64,000 bases of DNA from Escherichia coli (GCF_044324875.1 NZ_CP172185.1); one strand, 5' to 3'; shown: positions 33,209 to 46,507, counted from the stretch's first letter. Notes: generated by a model from the letters alone, not told the origin. Numbers and translations are program-made.

Positions 33209-34372
33209 TTAGCGGGCGGCTTCGTATATACGGCGGCTGACATCCAGCGTAATGTCATGATTTTCGCCCAGTTGGGTCATGCCGTGCTCTTCCAGTTTTT
33301 TCAGCAAAGCCGGGATGGAGCTGCCGTCCAGACCGTAGTCGGAGAGGTGGGTAGGCACGCCTAATTGCTCAAAGAAATTGCGGGTTGCGGCAATCGCGGC
33401 GTCAATACGCTCATCGTCGGAACCTTCAGTGATGTTCCAGACGCGTTCAGCATATTGCAGCAGCTTAGCGCGCTTGGTATCGCGTTTTTCATTCCACAGT
33501 GCAGGCAGGACGATAGCCAGTGTTTGCGCGTGATCCAGACCGTGCATCGCAGTCAGTTCGTGGCCCAGCATATGCGTTGCCCAGTCCTGCGGTACGCCAG
33601 CGCCAATCAAACCGTTCAGCGCCTGCGTCGCCGCCCACATAACGTTGGCGCGCACATCGTAGTTTTCTGGCTCTTTCAGGGCTTTCGGACCATCTTCGAT
33701 CAGCGTCAACAAAATGCCTTCTGCGAAACGGTCCTGAATTTTGGCATCAACCGGTTTGGTAACATACTGTTCCACGGTGTGTACAAAGGCGTCCACTACA
33801 CCGTTAGCCACCTGACGCGGCGGCAGGGTGTAGGTATAAACCGGATCGAGCACGGCAAATACGGGCTGAACATGGGCAGAATGGAACGCCTGCTTGTCGC
33901 CTGTGGTTTTACGGGAGATCACCGCACCTGCGTTGGATTCTGAACCGGTTGCTGGCAGCGTCAGCACACAGCCCATCGGGATGGCGCTTTTAATCTCTTT
34001 ACCGCCCGTTTGCAGAATGTGCCACGGATCGATATTTTCCGGATAGTTAGCCGCTGCGGCGATAAATTTGGTGCCGTCCAGTACAGAACCGCCGCCAACT
34101 GCCAGCAGGAAAGTCACTTTTTGTTCGCGAACCAGTTTCACGGCGTTCATCAGCGTTTCATAAGCCGGGTTTGGCTCAATACCGCCAAATTCCAGCACGT
34201 CCATGCCTTTCAGGGCATCCAGAACTTGATCGAGAACGCCGGTTTTTTTCACGCTGCCGCCACCGTAGGTAATCAATACGCGAGCATCGTGAGGAATTTG
34301 TTCGCGTAAACCAGCGATTGCGCCTTTACCAAACAGAATGCGGGTTGGGGTGTGCAGATTAAAGTTGTTCAT
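33209..34372 (-). CDS. yqhD: NADPH-dependent aldehyde reductase YqhD (iron-containing alcohol dehydrogenase family)
   Basis: ORF 33209..34396 trimmed to [17 protein letters not shown] (387 aa); iron-containing alcohol dehydrogenase motifs. Confidence 0.9.
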   Translation of the reverse strand: MNNFNLHTPTRILFGKGAIAGLREQIPHDARVLITYGGGSVKKTGVLDQVLDALKGMDVLEFGGIEPNPAYETLMNAVKLVREQKVTFLLAVGGGSVLDGTKFIAAAANYPENIDPWHILQTGGKEIKSAIPMGCVLTLPATGSESNAGAVISRKTTGDKQAFHSAHVQPVFAVLDPVYTYTLPPRQVANGVVDAFVHTVEQYVTKPVDAKIQDRFAEGILLTLIEDGPKALKEPENYDVRANVMWAATQALNGLIGAGVPQDWATHMLGHELTAMHGLDHAQTLAIVLPALWNEKRDTKRAKLLQYAERVWNITEGSDDERIDAAIAATRNFFEQLGVPTHLSDYGLDGSSIPALLKKLEEHGMTQLGENHDITLDVSRRIYEAAR

Positions 34373-34508
34373 TACTTGCTCCCTTTGCTGGGCCAATATG
34401 AGGGCAGAGAACGATCTGCCTGATGTTTTTCATTGTGATCGCCAGCGCCCTGGCTCTCAATGCTCATTTCTGCCAATGTCTTGCCTATTTCTCCAGAGTG
34501 CTGGAGAA

Positions 34509-35465
34509 ATGCTACAAAATTGCGCACAATCAAATTGCCGCATTATTCCTAAGAAATTACGCGATATGAAACGTGAAGAGATTTGCCGCTTGCTGGCGGA
34601 TAAAGTTAATAAACTGAAAAATAAAGAAAATAGTTTGTCAGAACTGTTGCCCGATGTGCGTTTGTTGTATGGCGAGACGCCTTTCGCACGTACACCGGTG
34701 ATGTACGAGCCTGGCATCATAATTCTCTTTTCCGGACATAAAATCGGTTATATCAATGAACGCGTGTTTCGTTATGATGCCAATGAATACCTGCTGCTGA
34801 CGGTGCCGTTGCCGTTTGAGTGCGAAACCTATGCCACGTCAGAGGTGCCGCTGGCAGGGTTGCGTCTCAATGTCGATATTTTGCAGTTACAGGAACTGTT
34901 GATGGACATTGGCGAAGATGAGCATTTCCAGCCGTCGATGGCAGCCAGCGGGATTAACTCCGCCACGTTATCAGAAGAGATTTTATGCGCGGCGGAGCGG
35001 TTACTCGACGTGATGGAGCGACCACTGGATGCGCGTATTCTCGGCAAACAGATCATCCGCGAAATTCTGTACTACGTGCTGACCGGACCTTGCGGCGGCG
35101 CGTTACTGGCGCTGGTCAGTCGCCAGACTCACTTCAGCCTGATTAGCCGCGTGCTGAAACGGATTGAGAATAAATACACCGAAAACCTGAGCGTCGAGCA
35201 ACTGGCGGCAGAAGCCAACATGAGCGTATCGGCGTTCCACCATAATTTTAAGTCTGTCACCAGCACCTCGCCGTTGCAGTATTTGAAGAATTACCGTCTG
35301 CATAAGGCGCGGATGATGATCATCCACGACGGCATGAAAGCCAGTGCGGCAGCGATGCGCGTCGGTTACGAAAGCGCATCGCAATTTAGCCGTGAGTTTA
35401 AACGTTACTTTGGTGTGACGCCGGGGGAAGATGCGGCAAGAATGCGGGCGATGCAGGGGAATTAA
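34509..35465 (+). CDS. yqhC: AraC-family transcriptional activator YqhC
   Basis: ORF 34338..35465 trimmed to [13 protein letters not shown] (318 aa); C-terminal AraC-type helix-turn-helix; divergent from yqhD. Confidence 0.8.
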   Translation: MLQNCAQSNCRIIPKKLRDMKREEICRLLADKVNKLKNKENSLSELLPDVRLLYGETPFARTPVMYEPGIIILFSGHKIGYINERVFRYDANEYLLLTVPLPFECETYATSEVPLAGLRLNVDILQLQELLMDIGEDEHFQPSMAASGINSATLSEEILCAAERLLDVMERPLDARILGKQIIREILYYVLTGPCGGALLALVSRQTHFSLISRVLKRIENKYTENLSVEQLAAEANMSVSAFHHNFKSVTSTSPLQYLKNYRLHKARMMIIHDGMKASAAAMRVGYESASQFSREFKRYFGVTPGEDAARMRAMQGN

Positions 35466-35504
35466 ATACGTTCCCGGTACAGCAACCGGGAACGGGGAAA
35501 ATCG

Positions 35505-36164
35505 TCAGGCGTTACAGTATTTTTTTTTAATCACCACAAACAGCGTGCCTAACAAGCCAGCGGTTAACAAGGCAATTGGCAGGATCATCAGGATCGTCAT
35601 TACCTGATCTTCATGGCGTTTAACGAACGGAATCATACTTAATGCATAGCCGAAACTGGTTACCACGCTGACCCACAGCAATCCACTTAACCAGTTGAAA
35701 AACTGGAAGCGGCGGTTTGGCAGACCGGAAATTCCCGCCATGGTTGGCAGCAACGTACGGACAAATGCAAGAAAACGTCCAGCCAGCAGCGCCAGCAGAC
35801 CGTGGCGGTCAAACATGCAGGTGGCGCGCTGGTGATATTTAGCGGGAAGCTGTGCCAGCCAGCCTTTCACCGTTTTGGTATTCCCTAACCAGCGCCCCTG
35901 AATATAACTTAACCAGCAGCCCAGACTTGCTGCGGCGGTCAGAATCGCAATCGTAGGCAGAAAATCCATAACCCCCTGGGCAATCAATGCGCCAGCCAAT
36001 ATCAACAAGCTGTCGCCTGGCAAAAATGAGGCGGGCAGCAGGCCGTTTTCTAAAAACAGCGTGGCAAACATGACAAAGTAAACAACGCTAACAATATGAG
36101 GATCCGCCAGCGCGGCAAAGTCGTGTTGCCAGAGCGCAGCGATGATATCTTGAATAACAGCCAT
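35505..36164 (-). CDS. yghB: DedA-family inner membrane protein YghB
   Basis: 219-aa polytopic membrane ORF with DedA/SNARE-associated signature. Confidence 0.85.
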   Translation of the reverse strand: MAVIQDIIAALWQHDFAALADPHIVSVVYFVMFATLFLENGLLPASFLPGDSLLILAGALIAQGVMDFLPTIAILTAAASLGCWLSYIQGRWLGNTKTVKGWLAQLPAKYHQRATCMFDRHGLLALLAGRFLAFVRTLLPTMAGISGLPNRRFQFFNWLSGLLWVSVVTSFGYALSMIPFVKRHEDQVMTILMILPIALLTAGLLGTLFVVIKKKYCNA

Positions 36165-36303
36165 GGACTTTCCTGTGGAACAGCGTTTAAGCCTTTATCT
36201 GCCTATTGTACTCCTGAATCGTCCGGGACGCCTTGATCCCGGACGCAACAATTTAAGACTTTTCACAATAAAATGTCTGCAAAATTGTCCAAAAGTGGCA
36301 ATG

Positions 36304-37491
36304 TTATACAATTCGCGCAAAACCGGCGTCCAGATCGGCAATCAGATCGTCGACATCTTCCAGACCAATATGCAGGCGAATCAAGGTCCCGCTAAAATCG
36401 ATCTCGCCTTGCGGGCGAATGGCGGCGATATGTTCTGGTTGATTTGCCAGGATCAACGATTCATAACCGCCCCACGAGTAGGCCATGCTGAATAAACTGA
36501 AGTTATCCAGATAGTTCGCCAGCTCTTCATCATTGAGTTTTTTCTTAAGCACAAAGGAAAATAGCCCGCTGCTACCTGTAAAGTCTCGTTTCCAGAATTC
36601 GTGGCCTTTACTGCCAGGCAGAGCAGGGTGGTTAACTCGCGCTACTTGCGGATGTTCTGCCAGCCATTCAGCCACTTTCAGACTGCTTTCATGATGTTGA
36701 CGCAGGCGAACACCCAAAGTGCGCAGGCCACGGCTGGTTATATAGGCGGTATCGGCATCGACCATCTGGCCCATCAGATAGGCATTCTCCCGCAGCTGCT
36801 CCCAGCAACGGGCATTGCACACGGCAGTGCCAATCATCGCATCTGAATGCCCCACCAGATATTTGGTAGCGGCCTGAATGGAAACATCGATGCCAAAATC
36901 CAGCGCCTTAAACAGCACACCGGCCGCCCAGGTGTTATCGATCATAATGATGGCATCTGGCACCACATTGCGCACGGCGGCAACAATCGCCGGAACGTCG
37001 TGGACTTCCATGGTGATGGAGCCTGGGGATTCCAGAAACACGATTTTAGTGTTTGGCTGCACATGTTTAACGATATCTGCGCCAATCAGCGGATCAAACC
37101 ACGATGTCGTTACGCCCAGTTTGCTGAGGATTTTGCTACAGAAATCCTGACTCGGTTCATAGGCAGTGTTGGTCATTAACACATGATCGCCCTGTTCGAC
37201 AAAAGCAAGAATAGAATTAGCAACCGCCGCTGCCCCGCAGGGGAACAGCACGCAGCCTGCGCCACCTTCCAGTTCACACATCGCTTGTTGTAAGGAAAAA
37301 TGGGTTAACGTTCCGCGCCGCCCATAGAACAACTCGCCATTGGCGCGATTGCGTGTCGCGTGCTTTTTGGCTTCCACACTGTCAAAGACCAGCGAAGAAG
37401 CGCGCTGAATCACGCTATTTACCGCGCCGAGAGTGTATTTTTTGCTGCGTCCTGCATTCACCAGTTGAGTATCAAGCTTTTTGTCCGCCAT
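36304..37491 (-). CDS. metC: Cystathionine beta-lyase
   Basis: ORF 36304..37626 trimmed to [19 protein letters not shown] (395 aa); PLP-dependent Cys/Met-metabolism family. Confidence 0.95.
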   Translation of the reverse strand: MADKKLDTQLVNAGRSKKYTLGAVNSVIQRASSLVFDSVEAKKHATRNRANGELFYGRRGTLTHFSLQQAMCELEGGAGCVLFPCGAAAVANSILAFVEQGDHVLMTNTAYEPSQDFCSKILSKLGVTTSWFDPLIGADIVKHVQPNTKIVFLESPGSITMEVHDVPAIVAAVRNVVPDAIIMIDNTWAAGVLFKALDFGIDVSIQAATKYLVGHSDAMIGTAVCNARCWEQLRENAYLMGQMVDADTAYITSRGLRTLGVRLRQHHESSLKVAEWLAEHPQVARVNHPALPGSKGHEFWKRDFTGSSGLFSFVLKKKLNDEELANYLDNFSLFSMAYSWGGYESLILANQPEHIAAIRPQGEIDFSGTLIRLHIGLEDVDDLIADLDAGFARIV

Positions 37492-37509
37492 GTCGGGATT
37501 CCTGTTTTT

Positions 37510-37533
37510 ATACGTCTGGATGTCTAAACTAGC
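37510..37533 (-). promoter_or_regulatory. Candidate MetJ operator (tandem met boxes) upstream of metC
   Basis: Three tandem 8-bp units atacgtct-ggatgtct-aaactagc resembling the AGACGTCT met-box consensus, about 20 bp upstream of the metC start. Confidence 0.35.
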
Positions 37534-37654
37534 ATGAATATTCTCGGGCGCATCCTGAAGAATTGGCATAAAGCAGAAAATTTTCGCAAATGGCGTGCTG
37601 GTGACTTTTTTACTGCGTAAACGCAAGGAAAAGAAAGCAAAGGTACGGCAGTAT

Positions 37655-37710
37655 GCAAATAGTAATGAGAACGACTATCAATTCGACGTCGTTTTGATAT
37701 TATTATGCGC
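37655..37710 (+). promoter_or_regulatory. Fur-box-like AT-rich region upstream of exbB
   Basis: caaatagtaatgagaacgactatcaattc and ttttgatattattatgc show partial matches to the Fur consensus; exbB is iron-regulated in E. coli. Confidence 0.3.
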
Positions 37711-37742
37711 AGATTTTGTGACTTGCGTCCTGGAGATACACA

Positions 37743-38477
37743 GTGGGTAATAATTTAATGCAGACGGACCTTTCCGTCTGGGGTATGTATCAGCACGCCG
37801 ATATTGTCGTTAAGTGCGTGATGATTGGGCTTATTTTGGCCTCCGTAGTCACCTGGGCAATCTTCTTCAGTAAGAGCGTAGAGTTCTTCACTCAGAAGCG
37901 TCGCCTTAAGCGCGAGCAGCAACTGCTGGCTGAAGCGCGTTCCTTAAACCAGGCCAACGATATCGCCGCTGATTTTGGTAGCAAAAGCTTAAGCCTGCAT
38001 TTGCTCAATGAAGCGCAGAATGAGCTGGAACTGTCAGAAGGCAGCGACGATAACGAAGGTATTAAAGAACGTACCAGCTTCCGTCTGGAGCGTCGGGTCG
38101 CCGCAGTAGGTCGTCAAATGGGCCGCGGTAACGGTTATCTGGCAACCATCGGCGCGATTTCGCCGTTCGTTGGTCTGTTTGGTACGGTCTGGGGCATCAT
38201 GAACAGCTTTATTGGTATCGCGCAAACGCAGACCACTAACCTGGCAGTCGTTGCGCCGGGTATTGCAGAAGCTCTGTTAGCAACGGCAATCGGCCTCGTG
38301 GCAGCGATTCCGGCGGTCGTTATCTATAACGTATTTGCACGTCAGATTGGCGGCTTTAAAGCGATGCTGGGTGATGTCGCAGCGCAGGTATTGTTGCTGC
38401 AAAGCCGTGACCTGGATCTGGAAGCCAGCGCCGCTGCGCATCCGGTTCGTGTCGCACAAAAATTACGCGCAGGATAA
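37743..38477 (+). CDS. exbB: TonB-system proton channel ExbB
   Basis: 244-aa ORF (GTG start) matching ExbB from recall. Confidence 0.95.
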   Translation: MGNNLMQTDLSVWGMYQHADIVVKCVMIGLILASVVTWAIFFSKSVEFFTQKRRLKREQQLLAEARSLNQANDIAADFGSKSLSLHLLNEAQNELELSEGSDDNEGIKERTSFRLERRVAAVGRQMGRGNGYLATIGAISPFVGLFGTVWGIMNSFIGIAQTQTTNLAVVAPGIAEALLATAIGLVAAIPAVVIYNVFARQIGGFKAMLGDVAAQVLLLQSRDLDLEASAAAHPVRVAQKLRAG

Positions 38478-38483
38478 TGTCCG

Positions 38484-38909
38484 ATGGCAATGCATCTTAA
38501 CGAAAACCTCGACGATAACGGCGAAATGCATGATATCAACGTGACGCCGTTTATCGACGTGATGTTGGTTTTGCTGATTATCTTTATGGTGGCGGCACCG
38601 TTAGCGACGGTAGATGTGAAGGTGAATTTGCCTGCTTCTACCAGCACGCCGCAGCCGCGCCCGGAAAAACCGGTTTATCTGTCGGTGAAAGCAGACAACT
38701 CGATGTTTATTGGTAACGATCCGGTCACCGATGAAACAATGATTACGGCGTTGAATGCGTTAACCGAAGGCAAGAAAGACACCACCATCTTCTTCCGAGC
38801 GGACAAAACCGTCGATTACGAGACGTTGATGAAGGTAATGGATACGCTGCATCAGGCGGGTTACCTGAAAATAGGTCTGGTCGGCGAAGAAACTGCGAAA
38901 GCGAAATAA
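38484..38909 (+). CDS. exbD: TonB-system protein ExbD
   Basis: 141-aa ORF with a single N-terminal transmembrane segment; follows exbB by 6 nt. Confidence 0.95.
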   Translation: MAMHLNENLDDNGEMHDINVTPFIDVMLVLLIIFMVAAPLATVDVKVNLPASTSTPQPRPEKPVYLSVKADNSMFIGNDPVTDETMITALNALTEGKKDTTIFFRADKTVDYETLMKVMDTLHQAGYLKIGLVGEETAKAK

Positions 38910-38914
38910 AAATG

Positions 38915-38949
38915 ATGCCCGGTTGCTTTTCACAACCGGGCATTTTTTT
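38915..38949. terminator. Bidirectional terminator between exbD and yghA
   Basis: atgcccggttg-cttttca-caaccgggcat hairpin followed by ttttttt. Confidence 0.6.
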
Positions 38950-39832
38950 AACCTAAATGCTCGCCGCCGCAGACACCGTGCACTTCTGCGGTGACGTAGC
39001 TCGACTCCTGACTTGCCAGGTAAACATATACAGGGGCCAGTTCCGCCGGTTGCCCCGCACGCTTCATCGGCGTTTTCTGACCAAACTGCGGGATCTTATC
39101 CTGCGTCTGTCCGCCGGAAATTTGCAGTGCTGTCCAGATCGGGCCAGGTGCAACAATATTCACACGAATACCTTTCTCCGCGACCTGTTTTGCCAGGCCT
39201 CGGCTGTAGTTCAGAATCGCCGCCTTCGTAGCCGCATAGTCCAGTAAATGCGGGCTTGGCTGGTATGCCTGGATTGACGAAGTGGTGATGATACTAGCAC
39301 CTTTCGGTAGCAGGGGGAGCGCTTCCTGGGTTAGCCAGAACAGCGCGAAAACGTTAATGGTAAAGGTCTTTTGAAACTGTTCGCTGGTGAGGTCTGCAAT
39401 ATCAGGAATGGCAACCTGTTTCCCGGCGACCAGCGCCATAATATCCAGCCCGCCTAACGCCTTGTGCGCTTCGTGAACCAGCGAACGGGCGAATTTCTCA
39501 TCGCTTAAATCGCCTGGCAGCAGGACGGCTTTGCGTCCGCATTCTTCAATGATCTTTTTCACATCCTGAGCGTCTTGTTCTTCTACGGGAAGATAACTAA
39601 TCGCCACGTCAGCCCCTTCACGCGCGTAAGCAATGGCGGCAGCGCGACCGATTCCGGAATCGCCCCCTGTCACCAGTGCTTTACGATCTTTCAGGCGACC
39701 GCTACCAACATAGGTTTTCTCGCCGCAATCCGGTACCGGTGTCATCTTCGCCTGGATGCCTGGCGTCGGTTGTTTCTGTTTGGGATATTCACCAGTGTAA
39801 TACTGCGTGGTCGGGTCTTTTAAATGAGACAT
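38948..39832 (-). CDS. yghA: NADP-dependent short-chain dehydrogenase/reductase YghA
   Basis: 294-aa ORF with Rossmann motif [10 protein letters not shown] and the SDR catalytic region. Confidence 0.85.
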   Translation of the reverse strand: MSHLKDPTTQYYTGEYPKQKQPTPGIQAKMTPVPDCGEKTYVGSGRLKDRKALVTGGDSGIGRAAAIAYAREGADVAISYLPVEEQDAQDVKKIIEECGRKAVLLPGDLSDEKFARSLVHEAHKALGGLDIMALVAGKQVAIPDIADLTSEQFQKTFTINVFALFWLTQEALPLLPKGASIITTSSIQAYQPSPHLLDYAATKAAILNYSRGLAKQVAEKGIRVNIVAPGPIWTALQISGGQTQDKIPQFGQKTPMKRAGQPAELAPVYVYLASQESSYVTAEVHGVCGGEHLG

Positions 39833-39953
39833 CGTTTTTCTCCCTTCAGGTTCAACGTCCTTTAAGGGTAGACGCTCTCGATGCGTTGATAAGGGAACCA
39901 GGAAGATCCCTAAACCTCGGATTTATGCGACAAAGGTTTAACGGATATGTTGA

Positions 39954-40517
<564 letters not shown>

Positions 40518-40524
40518 TCTGATT

Positions 40525-40550
40525 CGGGCGCGGTTCTCGCGCCCGTTATT
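40525..40550. terminator. Terminator hairpin between yqhA and gpr
   Basis: cgggcgcg-gttct-cgcgcccg hairpin followed by ttatt. Confidence 0.5.
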
Positions 40551-40556
40551 AACAGG

Positions 40557-41597
40557 TCATTTATCGGAAGACGCCTGCCACAGATTCAGCTCGCCATCGG
40601 CGATATGCTGATCAATCTGCGCCAGCTCCTCGGCACTGAATGCCAGGTTGTTTAACGCCTGCACGTTCTCTTCCAGTTGTTCCGGACGGCTGGCACCAAT
40701 CAACACCGAGGTGACGCGTTCATCTTTCAGCAACCAGCTTAACGCCATTTGCGCCATTGATTGTCCACGCTGCTGTGCCATTTCATTCAATAACCGCAGG
40801 CTGTTGAGGTTGGCTTCGGTGAGCATTTTCGGCGTCAGACCACGAACTTTATTCCCTTCACGATGCATCCGTGAATCTTGCGGAATACCGTTGAGATATT
40901 TTCCGGTCAGCAATCCCTGAGCCAGAGGAGTAAAGGCAATGCAGCCCACGCCGTTATGTTGCAGGGTATCCAGCAGGCCGCTTTTATCCACCCAGCGGTT
41001 CAGTAAATTGTACGAAGGTTGATGAATTAACAGCGGAATTTTCCACTCGCGCAGCAACTCGACCATTTTTTGCGTCCGCTCTGGCGAGTAAGAGGAGATC
41101 CCGACATAAAGCGCCTTACCGCTTTGTACCGCATGAGCCAGCGCAGAGGCGGTTTCTTCCATCGGCGTATTTTCATCGACGCGATGAGAGTAAAAGATAT
41201 CGACATACTCAAGCCCCATACGCTTCAGGCTTTGGTCGAGGCTGGCGAGCAGGTATTTACGTGAACCGCCAGAGCCGTAAGGGCCGGGCCACATATCGTA
41301 GCCAGCCTTGGTAGAGATAATCAGTTCATCGCGATAAGCGGCAAAATCCTCCCGCAGCAGGCGACCAAAGTTCTCTTCTGCGCTTCCTGGAGGCGGCCCG
41401 TAATTGTTGGCTAAATCAAAGTGCGTAATGCCTAAATCAAACGCTTTACGCAGGATCGCACGCTGTGATTCCAGCGCGTTAACGTGACCGAAATTGTGCC
41501 ATAAACCGAGCGATAACGCGGGCAGGCGTAAACCGCTTTTTCCGCAATAACGGTACTGCATCTGCCCGTAACGCTCGGGATTCGCTAACCAGACCAT
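40557..41597 (-). CDS. gpr: L-glyceraldehyde 3-phosphate reductase (aldo-keto reductase YghZ)
   Basis: 346-aa ORF; aldo-keto reductase family (Kv-beta-like). Confidence 0.9.
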   Translation of the reverse strand: MVWLANPERYGQMQYRYCGKSGLRLPALSLGLWHNFGHVNALESQRAILRKAFDLGITHFDLANNYGPPPGSAEENFGRLLREDFAAYRDELIISTKAGYDMWPGPYGSGGSRKYLLASLDQSLKRMGLEYVDIFYSHRVDENTPMEETASALAHAVQSGKALYVGISSYSPERTQKMVELLREWKIPLLIHQPSYNLLNRWVDKSGLLDTLQHNGVGCIAFTPLAQGLLTGKYLNGIPQDSRMHREGNKVRGLTPKMLTEANLNSLRLLNEMAQQRGQSMAQMALSWLLKDERVTSVLIGASRPEQLEENVQALNNLAFSAEELAQIDQHIADGELNLWQASSDK

Positions 41598-41753
41598 GAC
41601 CTCTCCTTTCCACCATTCAATTTCGAAACAATGTTTCTAGTTTAGCGATTCATCAGCGCGTATCCCGTAGTCTGGCTCACAGAGTGACGAAAAACTGGGC
41701 AAAAACACGCGCTTATGCTTTGCTTAAAAAAACACCAGTTGAGGAGTGCAACG

Positions 41754-42637
41754 ATGCCGCGTTTAACCGCCAAAGATTTCCCACAAGAGTTGCTGGATTA
41801 CTACGACTATTACGCTCACGGGAAAATCTCGAAACGTGAGTTCCTCAACCTTGCGGCGAAGTATGCGGTAGGCGGGATGACGGCATTAGCGTTGTTTGAT
41901 TTGCTCAAGCCAAATTATGCGCTGGCGACTCAGGTAGAGTTTACCGACCCGGAGATTGTTGCTGAGTACATCACGTATCCTTCACCAAATGGTCACGGCG
42001 AGGTACGGGGTTATCTGGTGAAGCCCGCAAAGATGAGCGGCAAAACGCCAGCCGTGGTGGTGGTGCATGAGAATCGTGGACTGAATCCGTATATCGAAGA
42101 TGTGGCACGGCGAGTGGCGAAGGCGGGGTATATCGCCCTGGCACCTGACGGCTTAAGTTCCGTTGGAGGTTATCCGGGTAATGATGATAAAGGTCGTGAG
42201 CTGCAACAGCAGGTTGATCCAACCAAACTGATGAATGATTTCTTTGCCGCAATTGAGTTTATGCAACGCTATCCGCTAGCGACAGGCAAAGTGGGTATTA
42301 CCGGATTTTGCTATGGCGGTGGCGTATCGAACGCGGCGGCTCGTATCCGGAACTGGCCTGCGCGGTGCCGTTTTATGGTCGACAGGCACCCACCGCCGAT
42401 GTGGCGAAGATTGAAGCGCCTTTACTACTCCACTACGCGGAACTGGACACCCGAATCAACGAGGGCTGGCCTGCTTACGAGGCGGCGTTGAAAGCCAATA
42501 ATAAGGTCTATGAGGCGTATATCTATCCGGGGGTTAATCACGGATTCCATAATGATTCCACGCCCCGTTATGACAAATCTGCCGCCGATCTTGCCTGGCA
42601 AAGGACGCTGAAATGGTTCGATAAATATCTCTCCTGA
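41754..42637 (+). pseudogene. yghX: Dienelactone hydrolase family gene yghX, frameshifted
   Basis: Two overlapping ORFs in different frames (41715..42491 and 42308..42637) together cover one dienelactone-hydrolase-like protein; the frame switches near 42336-42345 (..GGGVSNAAA then continuing as [12 protein letters not shown] in the other frame). Confidence 0.7.
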
Positions 42638-42755
42638 TAGGTTTATCTCTTACGGGATTACGTCTTAAACAAGCATGAAAAAATAGCGTGCGCAAAAGTC
42701 GTTCTTTGCCTAAAATATCGCTATATATGGCAATATATAGCGAATGAGGTGAACG

Positions 42756-43043
42756 ATGAATAACCATTTTGGTAAAGGCTTAATGGCGGGATTAAAAGCA
42801 ACGCATGCCGACAGTGCGGTTAATGTGACAAAATACTGTGCCGATTATAAACGCGGTTTTGTATTAGGCTACTCACACCGGATGTACGAAAAGACCGGAG
42901 ATCGCCAGCTTAGCGCCTGGGAAGCGGGTATTCTGACGCGCCGCTATGGACTGGATAAAGAGATGGTAATGGATTTCTTTCGTGAGAATAATTCCTGTTC
43001 TACGTTGCGCTTTTTTATGGCCGGTTATCGCCTCGAAAATTGA
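42756..43043 (+). CDS. yghW: DUF2623 protein YghW
   Basis: 95-aa ORF with a good RBS context, upstream of the hyb operon. Confidence 0.7.
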   Translation: MNNHFGKGLMAGLKATHADSAVNVTKYCADYKRGFVLGYSHRMYEKTGDRQLSAWEAGILTRRYGLDKEMVMDFFRENNSCSTLRFFMAGYRLEN

Positions 43044-43231
43044 TCAAACATACGTATTATCTTGCTTTAATTAATTACACTAATGCTTCTTCCCTTCGTT
43101 TTAGCGCCCCGCCGCAGTATCATGATATCGATAACCATAATAAATGTGTGGTAAATGGCGCATCGATCGCATTATTGATTTTGCGATTGAGGCAAAATAT
43201 ATGCCAGGTCTTCGCAACGGAATAACTATAA

Positions 43232-44350
43232 ATGACTGGAGATAACACCCTCATCCATTCTCACGGCATTAACCGTCGTGATTTCATGAAGCTTTGTGCA
43301 GCATTAGCCGCCACCATGGGGTTAAGTAGCAAAGCCGCTGCAGAGATGGCCGAATCGGTTACTAACCCGCAGCGTCCGCCAGTTATCTGGATTGGCGCGC
43401 AGGAGTGCACCGGTTGTACGGAATCTCTGCTTCGTGCAACGCATCCAACGGTAGAAAACCTCGTGCTGGAGACTATCTCTCTGGAATATCACGAAGTGCT
43501 TTCCGCCGCCTTCGGTCATCAGGTCGAAGAGAACAAACATAACGCTCTCGAGAAGTACAAAGGGCAGTATGTGTTAGTGGTGGATGGTTCCATCCCATTA
43601 AAAGATAATGGTATTTATTGCATGGTTGCCGGTGAGCCGATTGTGGATCACATCCGCAAAGCGGCGGAAGGCGCAGCAGCCATTATCGCTATCGGTTCCT
43701 GCTCTGCGTGGGGCGGTGTTGCCGCGGCTGGGGTTAACCCAACTGGCGCGGTCAGTCTGCAAGAAGTTCTGCCAGGCAAAACTGTAATCAACATTCCTGG
43801 CTGCCCGCCGAACCCGCACAACTTCCTCGCGACCGTTGCGCACATCATCACTTACGGCAAACCACCGAAGCTGGATGATAAAAACCGTCCGACTTTCGCC
43901 TACGGTCGTCTGATTCACGAACACTGTGAACGTCGCCCGCACTTCGATGCTGGTCGCTTTGCGAAAGAGTTCGGCGACGAAGGCCACCGTGAAGGCTGGT
44001 GCCTGTACCACCTCGGCTGTAAAGGGCCAGAAACTTACGGCAACTGCTCAACGCTGCAATTCTGCGACGTTGGCGGCGTGTGGCCGGTGGCGATTGGTCA
44101 CCCGTGCTATGGCTGTAACGAAGAAGGTATCGGCTTCCATAAAGGCATCCATCAGCTTGCCAACGTCGAAAACCAGACTCCGCGTTCACAGAAACCGGAC
44201 GTTAACGCTAAAGAAGGCGGCAACGTCTCTGCAGGCGCTATTGGTTTGCTCGGCGGTGTGGTTGGGCTGGTTGCCGGTGTCAGCGTGATGGCGGTGCGTG
44301 AACTGGGTCGTCAGCAAAAGAAAGATAACGCTGACTCACGGGGAGAATAA
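43232..44350 (+). CDS. hybO: Hydrogenase 2 small subunit
   Basis: 372-aa ORF with Tat signal ([16 protein letters not shown]) and Fe-S cluster cysteine motifs. Confidence 0.95.
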   Translation: MTGDNTLIHSHGINRRDFMKLCAALAATMGLSSKAAAEMAESVTNPQRPPVIWIGAQECTGCTESLLRATHPTVENLVLETISLEYHEVLSAAFGHQVEENKHNALEKYKGQYVLVVDGSIPLKDNGIYCMVAGEPIVDHIRKAAEGAAAIIAIGSCSAWGGVAAAGVNPTGAVSLQEVLPGKTVINIPGCPPNPHNFLATVAHIITYGKPPKLDDKNRPTFAYGRLIHEHCERRPHFDAGRFAKEFGDEGHREGWCLYHLGCKGPETYGNCSTLQFCDVGGVWPVAIGHPCYGCNEEGIGFHKGIHQLANVENQTPRSQKPDVNAKEGGNVSAGAIGLLGGVVGLVAGVSVMAVRELGRQQKKDNADSRGE

Positions 44351-44352
44351 CC

Positions 44353-45339
44353 GTGAACAGACGTAATTTTATCAAAGCAGCCTCCTGCGGGGCATTGCTG
44401 ACGGGCGCGTTGCCGTCTGTCAGTCATGCGGCTGCTGAAAACCGCCCGCCAATTCCGGGATCGCTGGGGATGTTGTACGACTCGACCTTGTGCGTTGGCT
44501 GCCAGGCTTGCGTCACCAAGTGTCAGGATATCAATTTCCCTGAACGTAACCCGCAAGGGGAACAGACCTGGTCGAACAACGACAAACTGTCGCCGTATAC
44601 CAATAACATCATTCAGGTGTGGACCAGCGGCACAGGGGTCAACAAAGACCAGGAAGAGAACGGCTACGCGTACATTAAGAAACAGTGTATGCACTGCGTC
44701 GATCCGAACTGTGTCTCCGTGTGTCCGGTCTCTGCGCTGAAAAAAGATCCGAAAACCGGCATTGTCCATTACGACAAAGATGTGTGCACTGGCTGCCGTT
44801 ACTGCATGGTCGCCTGCCCATACAACGTGCCGAAGTACGACTACAACAACCCATTTGGTGCGCTGCATAAGTGTGAACTGTGCAACCAGAAAGGTGTGGA
44901 ACGTCTTGATAAAGGCGGTCTGCCTGGCTGCGTAGAAGTGTGCCCGGCGGGCGCGGTGATTTTTGGTACGCGTGAAGAGCTGATGGCTGAGGCGAAAAAA
45001 CGTCTGGCGCTGAAGCCAGGCAGCGAATACCACTATCCGCGTCAGACGCTGAAATCTGGCGACACTTACCTGCATACGGTGCCGAAATATTATCCGCATC
45101 TGTACGGCGAGAAAGAGGGCGGCGGTACTCAGGTTCTGGTACTGACGGGTGTGCCTTATGAAAATCTCGACCTGCCGAAACTGGACGATCTTTCTACCGG
45201 TGCGCGTTCCGAAAATATTCAACACACCCTGTATAAAGGCATGATGCTACCACTGGCTGTGCTGGCGGGCTTAACCGTGCTGGTTCGTCGCAACACCAAA
45301 AACGACCATCACGACGGAGGAGACGATCATGAGTCATGA
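44353..45339 (+). CDS. hybA: Hydrogenase 2 ferredoxin-type 4Fe-4S subunit
   Basis: 328-aa ORF (GTG start) with several CxxCxxCxxxCP ferredoxin motifs and a twin-arginine N-terminus. Confidence 0.95.
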
Positions 45340-46507
45340 TCCACAACCGCTGGGCGGCAAAATCATCAGTAAACCGGTCATGATTTTTGGACCGTTAATC
45401 GTCATCTGTATGCTCCTGATTGTGAAGCGTCTGGTGTTCGGTCTGGGCTCTGTCTCTGACCTGAACGGCGGCTTCCCGTGGGGCGTGTGGATCGCGTTTG
45501 ACCTGCTGATTGGCACCGGCTTTGCCTGTGGCGGCTGGGCGCTGGCGTGGGCGGTATACGTCTTTAACCGTGGGCAATACCATCCGCTGGTGCGTCCGGC
45601 GCTGTTGGCGAGTCTGTTTGGTTACTCACTGGGTGGCTTGTCGATCACTATCGACGTGGGTCGCTACTGGAACCTGCCGTACTTCTACATTCCGGGTCAC
45701 TTCAACGTGAACTCGGTACTGTTCGAGACGGCGGTCTGTATGACCATCTATATCGGCGTGATGGCACTGGAGTTTGCTCCGGCACTGTTTGAACGTCTGG
45801 GCTGGAAGGTGTCGCTACAGCGTCTGAACAAGGTGATGTTCTTCATCATTGCACTTGGCGCGCTGCTGCCGACTATGCACCAGTCTTCAATGGGGTCGCT
45901 GATGATCTCGGCGGGCTACAAGGTGCATCCGTTGTGGCAGAGCTATGAAATGTTGCCGTTGTTCTCGCTGCTGACGGCGTTCATCATGGGCTTCTCGATT
46001 GTCATCTTTGAAGGTTCGCTGGTGCAGGCGGGTCTGCGTGGCAACGGTCCGGATGAAAAGAGTCTGTTCGTTAAGCTGACCAACACCATCAGTGTGTTGC
46101 TGGCGATTTTCATCGTGCTGCGCTTTGGCGAGCTTATCTATCGCGACAAGCTGTCGTTAGCGTTTGCCGGTGACTTCTATTCCGTGATGTTCTGGATTGA
46201 AGTCCTGCTGATGCTCTTCCCGCTGGTCGTTCTGCGTGTGGCGAAGCTGCGTAATGATTCCCGCATGCTGTTCCTGTCAGCACTGAGCGCGCTGTTAGGT
46301 TGTGCAACCTGGCGTCTGACCTATTCGCTGGTGGCATTCAACCCGGGCGGCGGTTACGCCTACTTCCCGACCTGGGAAGAACTGTTGATTTCTATTGGTT
46401 TTGTGGCTATTGAGATTTGCGCTTACATCGTACTCATTCGTCTACTGCCGATACTTCCTCCTTTAAAACAAAACGATCATAATCGTCATGAGGCGAGCAA
46501 AGCATGA
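45329..46507 (+). CDS. hybB: Hydrogenase 2 integral membrane subunit
   Basis: 392-aa polytopic membrane ORF overlapping hybA and hybC. Confidence 0.95.

Noticed and set aside
44311-45225. 304-aa minus-strand ORF inside hybA
   Set aside because: Antisense to hybA; Arg/His-rich, low-complexity translation.
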